A stretch of DNA of 64,000 nucleotides from contig NW_003314275.1 in NCBI RefSeq assembly GCF_000143415.4, forward strand, positions 2,674,173 through 2,738,172. Direction: 5' to 3'. How positions within the stretch are numbered: the first letter of the stretch is position 1; each line of letters begins with the position of its first letter. The notes beneath the pieces were generated by a model. It was not told where the DNA came from, did not search any database, and worked only from the letters and a program-made list of their open reading frames with translations. The translations under genes were made by a program, and so were the position numbers. The stretch is from Selaginella moellendorffii (Eukaryota; Plantae; Lycopodiophyta). This document shows, piece by piece, positions 11,401 to 22,405 of the stretch.

Positions 11401-14400
11401 TCTTTCGTCAACAATGATTATGCATCTCTTTTTTGATGGGATGATTAGTGATCTTTCATGATAGTTAGTTGTTCTCTTTGATGGCTTATGGCTTTTTGCA
11501 ATACCACATGTTGTTTGTGGTTTGCTCTGGATTGGTCTCTTGGGTTTGAGACATCAGTAGGATGTTGCTGGCACTTGCTTAGACAAACTCTGGTTCCTTG
11601 ATATTATTGACCAGGATCTATTCAGATTGATTAGTGTGATGGTTAGCATGAACGAGTGTTTATTGGTTTTACTATATACATTTTGTTCTGTTGATCATTA
11701 CTTGAGTTAATTCTGATAGATTGGGATGTTATTACCTTCGAGTGATACATTCGCGAGCATCTTGCTTGCCAATCGATGATACTTTGTGTTCTTTGAATTA
11801 TCTTTTGTAAGTTGTTTGGCATTCTGTCGGCAATCTTTGATAGTTAAGTTTTATCATCAAGTTTTCTTAATGATAGTTTGGCTATTGAATTTTGTTAAAT
11901 GGTGAATCCTATGTTTCCAAAAACATGATGATCTTGGTGGTTCTTGTACTATACTACTAGTTTATCAGATGATAACTTACTTGGAATACTTTTGTGTTTT
12001 AATATAAGATTTAATCACTGATACTTATAACTCTAAGATATCATTGTCTATGACTTTGATATTATCCGATTATTGATCTTTGAGTTTGGGCAAGTATAGA
12101 CAGACTGACTTCGGCACTTCGTATACATGGTGAAATCTCTAGTCATAGGGTAACTACTGTTGACTAGTCACATAACCCGCCTCTCTGTCGATGTTCCTTA
12201 TTCCGTTAAAAGGGTGTGACCGTGTAAACAACTCTAACTGCCTGTTTATAGTAGTCTATCTAAACCTTACCGACGGGTTTGGTTTCTTTGCTCAGGAGGG
12301 TTGGGGCCTTTGGCTTCTCTCTCTATATCCCTGCGGGTAGGGGCATATCACACTTTTGTAAATTGGGTGACAACCAGAGCAGCAAGGGTGGCTGACTCCA
12401 TTAGTCATTTCCTTGTTGGCGATAGCCGAAAGGTGTCTGAGCTGGTAGCGCATCCGCGTTAGACAAAGAAGTTGCCTTCTAACTTATTTAAGTTGGTGCA
12501 TTTCTCACATAGTGTGAATACCGTAAACTTTTTATGGAGTTGTTTCCTTGGCAGTATTCTAGACTCGAGTATGCATCGACGAGGACGTCAATCTTCCCTT
12601 GAGGGGGAGAGTGTCACAAATGTGACTTTGGATATCGAAAGTTACCTGTCGGCTAGTCCTTACGGACACTCTTACCTTACTGCCACGATGGTAAGAGGTT
12701 GATATTGCTGATTCCCTTTATTAGCGCCTCTTGTTCAAGTGTTAGTAAACTAGACTTTGTATCTGTCCTTGGCCGGATGAGCATAAGAAAAGAATTCCTA
12801 AGTGTCTATTTAGCTAAGCATACTTGGCCTGGCTTGTTAGTTCTCTTTTGCTCTGTCTTGCACTGGCTTGGCAAAAACCCTCGCGTGTTGAGACTAGTCC
12901 CTCAATATTGCTAGATGATAGTTTACCGTGTCTACCAGACACCCTCGCTATCATGCCCTTTGTGTTAGTCTCATTTCGGTCTCAAATGCTACTTAAGCCA
13001 ACTGGAAAAGGGGCAATTGCTTAATGAGAGAGCCCTTAATGATGAGGGGAACTAGCACCTCTATTTCCATACTCAATATACCAATCCTTCCATTGTGTAG
13101 ATTAGCTAATCCATATGAGGCAACTAATTATCCACCCATACCGCAGTCCCACGGTGGATACCTTTGTCTGTGGATATTCCTCTTCTTTCGCTTATGGATA
13201 TTCCACCCATACCATAATCCCATGGTGGATACCTTCGTCTGTGGATATTCCTCTTATTTCGTCTGTGGATATTCCACACAAGAGGAAGGACGTATGCATG
13301 CATATGATTTCAAATTTAGGGGTAGGAATATACCTTTCTCAAAGGTATATTATATTTTTAAGTAGCCACTAATCAATGGGAATCGAACTCGTGCTATTTG
13401 TTTTAATACCACATGTAGCGCACCTTATCTCTCTCCCCTTAAGCCAACTGGAAAAGGGGCAATTGCTTGATGAAAGAGCCCTTAATAACGATTTTATCCC
13501 CATTTATCCCCCAAGGTTCCAAGGATCCACAGTGATAGTATATTCAAATCTCATCCTATGATCACATGCGCTACACTAAAACTCTTATCATTGTCCACCT
13601 GCAGAGTACAAAGTGGATGATTTGGTGTTAGTTTATTTTTCCCATTTTATGGTATGTGGTTTATCTAAGAGGCTCTTTATTCAGTGGAAAAGACTGTATC
13701 AGGTGTTGTGGCAAGTTGAACCACAAGTTCATGAAGTTCAACATGATATTCAATACGCCGATCCTCCAAAAATTGTGCACGTGCAGCAGTTGAAACGTGT
13801 CATACAAAGGGATCATGAACAACTAATACCACCTACAGATCCGTTAATGCCTCCAAATCCCGACCCATATACAAGAGAACCTTGATAATCTTCTATTATT
13901 CCAAGAGGAAGGGATGATGTGAGGTCTAAGTGTACAGCTAAGATGCTATATACTAATATTAGCGTAGTGAGATTTAGGTAGCCATAAAAATGGTTTTAAT
14001 TTAGACCACTCACTCTTGTATATAAGCTAGGGTTTATGGGTTAATTGGGATGCATATTTTCTGTATTCCCTTTTCATATTCCATGCACCCACAAACCTAT
14101 AAATCTATTCAAAATTTAAGAGTAGTTTTAAAAAAATATTTAAGTTTAAAGAAATAATATGTATAGCTATAAATAATTAAAAATATTAATATATATTAAA
14201 TCTTTTGTAAATTCTCAAACTTGGACCTTGAGTAGTTTAAGTTTATCAAACAATTGGATGTTTTATGGACTGAAAATAATTATTTTAAAAGTTCAATAAA
14301 TAATTTATTAAGTGATGCTAGCTAAGTCTGAAGCTCTAAACTTGTATTTCATATAAGCATTACCTTTAACCCACTACAAATGTATGAATTTATATTACTT

Positions 14401-14760
14401 GTTTCCATCTTCTAAAGTGCTCATACTTTTTAAACTCTAGTATAATTATTTGTATTTATCATGGTATTCAACTTGAATACATTTCTCTATGTCTTCATAT
14501 AAACTTTATTTCCAATGGAAAAGGCAACTCTTCTTTCAATTAATTAAAACTTTATCTATACACCAATATAGACATTTTCAATACCTCTTTAATTTATTTG
14601 TGTTTTATTACTCATAAAATCATAAAGCATTGATGGTGTTCAAGATTTTATTCCAACTTTGTATCTATTGTTTAGTAGTGTCCAAAAAAAATTTTAAAAT
14701 GGCATTTTTAAAAAATAATTATCATCATCAAAGATTATGATTTATATAACAGGATTTTTT

Positions 14761-17700
14761 AATAAAGAGAGCGAGTAAAATAAGGGAGTTGACAAGAATA
14801 TTCTGGTATACTAAAGAATATTATATTTAGATTATAGCTACATTAAACAACTATTTAAAAAAATTAGTAATTTAAATATCTAATCTTTCTGGCAATAGTT
14901 GCTATTTGATAGAGGTTTTGTGTTACCACCTAATTTAGGGAAGAAATTATTACAATAATATTAAATAATTAGTATTTATACTAATTTTTTAAGATATATA
15001 TTAATATTAAATTTTTTATTATTATTATAAAGTCCCTTTGAGTGTAATTATAAAAAATGCCCTATATTTTTTTTGTGTAATTTATAGGTAATCGTTTTTT
15101 TAATTTCAAATATAATACCAATATCTATTATTTCCACCTGTTCAGACATTATGATGAATCCAAAGTTTAACATTGGATCCATCCTATGCAAAATATGAAA
15201 AACTTTAAAATTTTAATGTTTAAAGAATTATATATAATTACAACTCAAAAATTGGCTAATTATGATGTTATAAGGCCTCCCATTTACAATATCACTTTCA
15301 TAACTGAAAATTATATGTTTGTGATGATGGTATTGCTGCTTGATGTTGATGTTTTACTTTTAACTATATTAATGCCTTTGAGTATATTGTCTTTGCTTCC
15401 TTTGACCAAGTATTTATAATTTTCATATATTTGTTATTTTTTGTCTACTAATATGAAATCATGAAAAATTTAAAGAACTTGAATTGTTGTATATTTGTAC
15501 AGGGCATGGTTGAAAGAAGAATATAACATCTAATCTACAACAAAATCTTGGAGAAACTAAATCCCAAGTTTTAATATGGGTTTAATCAAAGATGTTCTGG
15601 AAAAAAAGTTCTATATACTAATGTAAATAAGATTGTGAATAAGCTTGTATAGGTTTAAGTGACCAAACACTATAGATCTATAATTGGTTTGCTTAAGCAA
15701 ACCTGTAGCAGTATTGAATATACTTAAAATATGCTTGGAGATTTTAGAATGGTTTAACATCTAATAGTTGTTGTTAATTTACATTAAATTTTTCATTTAT
15801 AATTTATAAACTTTTCTAAACACTTTCTAGTATATTCTAATATTAATCTTGATTTATAAATTATAAATATGTTTATAACTATTGATTATTCAGTGAAAAT
15901 TAATTAAGAGATAAGTCCCTAGTACTTGTCTCCGTACGATCATCCACGTGTCACTCATCGAGGCGATCCCGTTTGGGTTGTGTATTGTCTCTCATATTTT
16001 TTATCTCTTCACCATGGTGTGCTGGCTAAGATCCTTTCGCTTCTTTTCAGGTACCATCTTTGTTTGGGTTTCATTGATGGCTCCATCAACCTTGCATCAC
16101 ACTCTTTCCTTGCAAAGTTTACCGACCTCCTGAGAAAAGCTTTTCTCTCATTGAGCCAGCACGCTGAGTAGTCTCTCCCAGATCTGTGAGTGGAGCCTCT
16201 TCTCTGCTAAGTCACCACATGCCTTGAGCGCCACCATGAAAGTCTGAGCGTTTGGCTGCCAGCTTGCTCGTAGCACTCAAGAGCAAAGGTTGTTCTCAGC
16301 ATATCCTAGGAAACAATGTTTTGCTGCTCCATGCAAAGTCTCAGCGTTTGGAGGCAGGCCAGCTTTTCGTTGCATCTGATAAAAGACATGCATGTCCCAT
16401 GATGATTGTGTTCCAGGCAACCAACGTCGTGTTTCTTTGTCCTCCTGAACACTTCTGATGCTTGCAACGAATGCATTAGCTTCGTATTCACAATTTGCGA
16501 GGTAGACCAACCTATCCTGTTCTTTGTCCCATCCTCGAACAACCTGTGTTGCAAGCTGTAGTGTAGACTTCGACCATACTTTCATGATTCCCGGCTTATG
16601 ATGCTCTTGACTCTGGAGAAGCTTATCTGGCTGCTATGCCCTGCACTGCTTCTTCCCATCGAAGTTGAGATTTGAGCGCCTGCAAGAACAGACAAAAGTA
16701 GTACGTTACCTTTTCTCAAACCTTTCGTCTCAAGCAACTTCTCTGGCCTTTGGAGGTGCATTAACGTCCGCTCCCCCGTCACCTATAGAGGATAGCTCAG
16801 TCAAATCGAAACTTGGTAGGTTCTTGCTCTTTTTTCCAGTCCATGTCCCGAGCTAGCTGTGCAATAACTTCCAAGTCTGGTGACTTCCACTAGTCGAACC
16901 TTGTATATGATCTCTAGGTGGGATCACCGTCCGTGAGCAAGAGCCTGCTGTCTTCTTGCTCTGCAACTTCATCTCCTTGAAGATTGTTTGTACACAATCT
17001 TCCATGACAACGCCTGCACTGTGCTGACTTACGCATCAGTGTTGGGGGCACTTTGAGGAGAATCCCAGAGTGCCATTGCTGTGCGTCTTCTCTGGGTTTT
17101 GGTTGCGATCTTGGTGCTGCTCGCGTGCTTTTTGCTCATGCGATGGATGTTATCTCGAAGGAAACAGCGCAGTAATGCGATCTTTCAGGATCCCGGGTGG
17201 ATCGAAGTGTGGTGGACGATTCTCCGACTGAGAAGAAACAGCTGGAAGCTCACACTCGTGGTTAGCTGGAGCAGCGACCACAGCGTCCTCCGAACCACTA
17301 TAACTACTGTGCGGCCACTGCTGCATCGTGACCATTGCGACGATGGTGGTTGTGGCGTCCTCCATGGTGGTGACCATGGTGATGGTGGTGAACAACCTGC
17401 TGCTGCTGGAGCTGGATCGTGGTGGCGAGCATGATCAAGGATAGAAAGCGCTGGAGCTAGATGAGCAGGGTGGCCACGAGCAGGGTGAACGAAAGCAGCT
17501 GGCGCTGGGGCTTAAACTAGAGCGTCACCTTGAAGAACTGGAGCTAAAGCTGGTGCTGGCTCGTGGCCTCCTCGAGGATGGTGTCCATAGTGGTGTGTTT
17601 GATGGGCTGGAGCTAGAGCAGCTTGCGGGTGTGAAGCTTGGTGATGGCAGCCATGCTAGGGCGCTGGAGCTCGGCGGGCAAGCGTTGGGGCGGGGTGAGT

Positions 17701-20700
17701 CCGAGAGACTATAGCTTACCTCCTTTTTGTTCTTTATACTCCCACACTGTTCTTGCCGAGGAAAATCCTACTTTTAGCTTTGTGAAAAGAACACGAATAG
17801 ACTCGAGAGTTCTGGATTGTTGGACTTACAGTGCCATTGGGCCAAAGAGCCCAAACCTAGATGTGAACAACAATTTAATCTCACAATCACGAAATGCTCT
17901 AGGTACGATAGATGAGAAAATATCTTTAATTTGATGGCAACTCCTTTCCAGGCTCAATCCTAATGTACTTGCAGCGACAGTACTTTGGATAACAAAACTT
18001 TATTTTCTCGTTTTTCAAACTTAAAAATTTAGCACTCATTGAATGGGAGTCATGAAGATACAAGCCATCAACGTGCACAAACTACTTCCTTTTGCAAAAG
18101 TGGGAAAAAGAAACACAAGATAAATATTGCTGCTTTGAGCAACATAGCTCCATATTTAGCTCCTCCAGAGGTCAACACCAGTAAATTCGGTCAAAACGCA
18201 TGGAATGATCCAACAATTAGACATATTTGGAGATGCCGGTAAAAAATGCAAAGCTTTTCTCTTCACCATTCTAGTACTCATCCTGGCATTTCAAGAGCTT
18301 TTTAAGAGATGAGGTTTGGAAAGACCAGCAAGCTTTTATAGCCAAGCAGCTGCATGGAAATGGTATGTACATACTCAAGGTCATGAAATTTCATTTTGGC
18401 ATCCTATGAAGTGCTTCAGGTTTAAGGCCAAGGGATTTGTGGAGCATACCCTCAAAAGAGATATGTGTGGAATCCACAGGATGGGCTGCTTGATGTGTAT
18501 GAGAGGGAGCTCCTTGCAAAGCTATTCCAGGAGGACTGAAGATCATACCAATTGATTTATATTGTGTTGGTTTTACCAATTGCTTTACTCATCCTCTTGA
18601 ATAACATTGCAAAGCAAAATACTTGTTCTGTGAATATTATTACTATATTATGTATTATTATTATAATTATTAGTAACACTAGTACTTGCCCAGAAGCTGC
18701 ATGGTTAGCAAGGGTAAATTTAATGCTAAAATTGATGCAATGCATCATACTAATCATTGTGCTATATGATATTTAATATGCATTTGTTCTTCTTTTCTTG
18801 CTGGATAACAAAGGAAAAACTCTTGGTGAGATTTTTTTTTCTTCCACAAAAAAGAAGCATGATATCTATTCCCAATTGGAGAAAATTATCTCAAGCACCC
18901 AAGCAATGCTATGTGATCAAGCACATGCATTCTTTATTGTAGTGTCTAATATTAATTCTGAATTAGAGTTTGTTTTGTTTGTAAAGCGTAACTGGAGTAT
19001 TTGGCAAAGGGTAATACGGGTAGCAATATCACTTGACCATGCTGACCACACATAGCAAAGCTCTCATTTTTAAAATGTGATGCATTAGAAAAAGATGATA
19101 AGAAAACAATTTCAAATTTTGAAATTTGTGAATCTTTGTACATAGTGTGATTTGCTAATGTGGTATGTAAAGGTGGAGATGGTGTAGTGGATATTGCTTG
19201 ATGTGTATATAATTCATTTTGATCTAAAGTAATTTGAAGTGGCTCAGGGTGTTTATCAGAATTATTAGTATTTAAATTCTTATCAAAATGATTGGTATTT
19301 CTTATAGCTCTAAGAAGATGATGAAAGCAAGACATAATTTGAAAATGTCGAGTACAAAGTTTAAACACTATAGCTTATACAAGTTCATGTTTGTAAAGAA
19401 ACTTGAATTTGTAAGAGAAATATAAAAGTTTAATATGTGATGGAGGCTAAGGATATAAACAAATACAAACCTACTGCACACTTGGTTTTATGTGCTCATT
19501 TAGGGTTTTTCAACTGCTTGTTAAAAAAGGGTGTGCCACAAACTAAGAAGAAAGATTAAGCTTGCTCACATTTGATGAAATCTAAGGGTTCAAACACTAT
19601 TCATGAATCAAAGCTCAAGGTATGTTGGGCTTTCTTCTTAAAATTTCTGGAACTTACAGATGATTGTCATGAATCCAAAGATGTTTTGGCATGGAAGTGT
19701 TATCTTAAATGTGGTTGATGCCATGACCATGACACCCAAGAAGGAGTTGACATATAGGAAGAAGAAGAGTTTTGGGGAGATTTAAACTTTACCTCCATTT
19801 CAAACTTTTTGTTGTCTGATTACATGATAAGTTATGGAGGATCCTGTGGAGATAACCAAGTGGAGCTGGACTCGCTAGAAGTGAAGCTAAAGTTTAGTGG
19901 AGAGTTCTATAAGAGACTTTGAGGTTACCAAGTGGATACAATGAATCTTAGATACAGCTATGCAGCAAGCTTATAGACAATATATTGTATAAACAAAAAA
20001 AAAACAATGTTGGGACCAACACTCACAACCTAGTTCACAGCTGTTGGCCCAACACCCTGTTTATTTGCCATATCATTTACATGCATTCTTTGTGGTGCCT
20101 TTTTCACTTAACAAATGACAAATGCAGTTTAGTCAACACTTTGATGTGATATATGTCATAACACCTTCTTTCACCCCAGGCAATTGGCCACATCCCATTG
20201 GTTAAGAGCAAACATTAGTGCAATTATTTATTAAGATGTGGTTAAAGAAATAACCCTTTTATAGTTACCCCCATCGGATGGCTACTATTGGCTGATCCAA
20301 CAGCCCAGAAAGTTTGGCAACTCCTTATTATTATAGATTCTTCATGGTTGACCAATTAAATTGTATAAACACTAATATTATTTGGTATTTTGGTTTGCTA
20401 GTAAACATATTTAACTACATAATTGTATAGCTAAAAGTATTTTAAAATGAGTAACTTTTTTTTCATATAAAATTTCAAAATTGGAAATGTCACCTTCACA
20501 TTCTTTCAAAGTTTAAGTGCCTCTTATAGTCCTTGAACAAACAAATAGAGATATTGGGCACATTTGATTAATTCAAAGAAACTAATCATTAAAAGTGTAC
20601 TAGGTGATTTACAAATTTGCCAATAGAGAGAGCCAAGTCAACAAAAGGAGTCATTAAGAATAAATTTTTATAATACTCTGGTACACTAAAGAATATTTTG

Positions 20701-21520
20701 TTAATGTTTTAGTGGCAATATTTTTATTAAAGAGGCATTTTAAACAAACTAGTAATTTAAATATTATTTAAATCTGAGTGGCAATATTTCCTAATTAATA
20801 GAGGTTTTGCCTTATCACCTAATTTACAGAAGAAATTATTATTTTGATATTTAATAATTAGTATTATTAAATGTTTAACTATTATTATAAGATCTGTTTG
20901 AGTGTAACTTTAAGAAATGCCCTTTGTTATTTTGTGTATAACTTATAAATAATAATTTATTAATAAATATATCAAATTTAGAAAGAATATCAATATCTAA
21001 TTCTTCCTCAATGTTATGAACCCCTTGTATTAAGATATTGTAGTGAATTCAAATTTTAACATTTAAATCCATCCCAAAAAGCATAAAATATATAAAATAC
21101 ATATGTTTGTAAGGGATTAAAGACTCACCAAAAATATAACATTGCAAAAAGTATACAGAAGTACAACTTGGGAATCAATTTGTTGTTGTGAGCACCAAGT
21201 GTATAGTTATGATGCCGTATATTAATATTAGCGTAATTAGATTTTGGTAACTGTTAGATTAGTTTCATCCAGACCATATATAAATTAGGGTTTTTGGACT
21301 AATTGATATGCACATTTTCTGTATTCCCTTTCTATATTCTATACACTCACATTGTGATATTATAAATATTTTTATTTACAGTATCAATTCCATAAATGAG
21401 AATTATATACTTGTAATGATGGTATTGCTGTTTGATGTTAAGACTTTTAACTTCCATCTTCATTTATAATACCTTTAAGTATGTTCTCTTTGCTTCCTTT
21501 CACTATGTATTTGTAATCCA
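14761..21520 (-). repeat. Two diverged direct copies of an AT-rich decayed sequence (about 14761-15420 and 20622-21520), probably DNA-transposon debris
   Basis: Collinear shared blocks (ctggtayactaaagaata; agaggttttg..tta.cacctaatttaa-like; gatggtattgctg.ttgatgtt). The second copy is split by the solo LTR at 21187. Confidence 0.6.
21187..21351 (+). mobile_element. Solo LTR of the element A family
   Basis: Aligns end to end with 1408-1583; TGT...ACA termini; 4-bp TSD TTGT. Confidence 0.92.
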
Positions 21521-22405
21521 TACATTCATTAATTCTTGTTTTTAAAACTTGAGAAAAGTGTGAAGGTTGAGATTGTGGTTGTAGCATATGTGGTTTTTAC
21601 CTTTTACCTTATGGTGGTTTATTATAGAATAATCATAGAGCAGAATATTAACCATTCACATGTTACATACCATATGTCTAAAGGTAGTGAAATGGAACTT
21701 GAGTTTTGGCACATTAGGCCACTGAACTAAAGGATAAAGCTAAACTCCCAAGCGTGTAATTAAGGAGCAAAAAAACTAAAGCACAGAGCAACTCTTGAAC
21801 ATTCAACTTAAAAAATAAAAAAGACATGAGCACAAAACGACATAAAAACAATGGAAGACAATGAAATTTCACTTGGAACTATGGAGGAAACTAACAAATA
21901 GAGAGTTTGAAATGGAAGACACCAAAGAGCTTGATAAAAACATAAGTGATATTTTGCAAGAGAAGCCAAAGACTAGTAACAAGATAATTATAAAAGTACT
22001 ATCAACATTTAATTGTAGTTTATAGTGGTGCTTGTCACTTGGTGTTCCTCTTTTTAAATGGTAACTCCACATTTTATTTCTATTGTAGTGTTTGATGCTC
22101 GGCATCAGAGATAAAGTTTGTGAGTGAATTCAAGGGTTTAGGTTTCTATTTAATTGGCTTTAGATTTTGCTCCCTTTCAATTGAGGAGTCTTTCCAAAAA
22201 CTGTCACATTGCTATAAGAACAATGATTGGTGTAGCAAGTACTTTGGAGTTCCTTCTCTTTTCTATCTGTAAACTTCTTTTTATTTGTTTCTATCAATAG
22301 ATGTTGCTCTTGGTGTCTTGTGTAAGTTATCAAGTAATGAATGCAGGTTAAAGTCTCTCAAAAGGCATAGAAAATTGTGCACAAGAACGAACACTTCTAC
22401 ACTGG

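Larger units (their letters stand above)
5808..13575 (+). mobile_element. Nested long-LTR retroelement (element B) with a non-coding, decayed interior
   Basis: 5' LTR 5808-6947 (TGT...ACA), Met PBS tggtatcagag at 6950, PPT gagggggagag before the 3' LTR (12612-13575, rearranged), perfect 5-bp TSD CTAAA. Confidence 0.9.
1408..14093 (+). mobile_element. Degenerate Ty3/gypsy LTR retrotransposon with short 176-bp LTRs (element A), interrupted by element B
   Basis: LTRs 1408-1583 and 13918-14093 (T[A/G]TGAGG...ACA); AACC on both flanks; PPT agaggaagggatga before the 3' LTR. Decayed gag, RT (YKFLVMPFGL, FIDDILIYS), RNase H (NYSTIEKE) and integrase follow in gypsy order; the integrase tail resumes at about 13580-13885. 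Confidence 0.9.

Noticed and set aside
18039-19368. Ulp1-protease-like and SWIM-like remnants suggesting a Mutator element
   Set aside because: Motif resemblance (GMYILKVM; CTRHFQ...HHLL) is too weak to call without a search.
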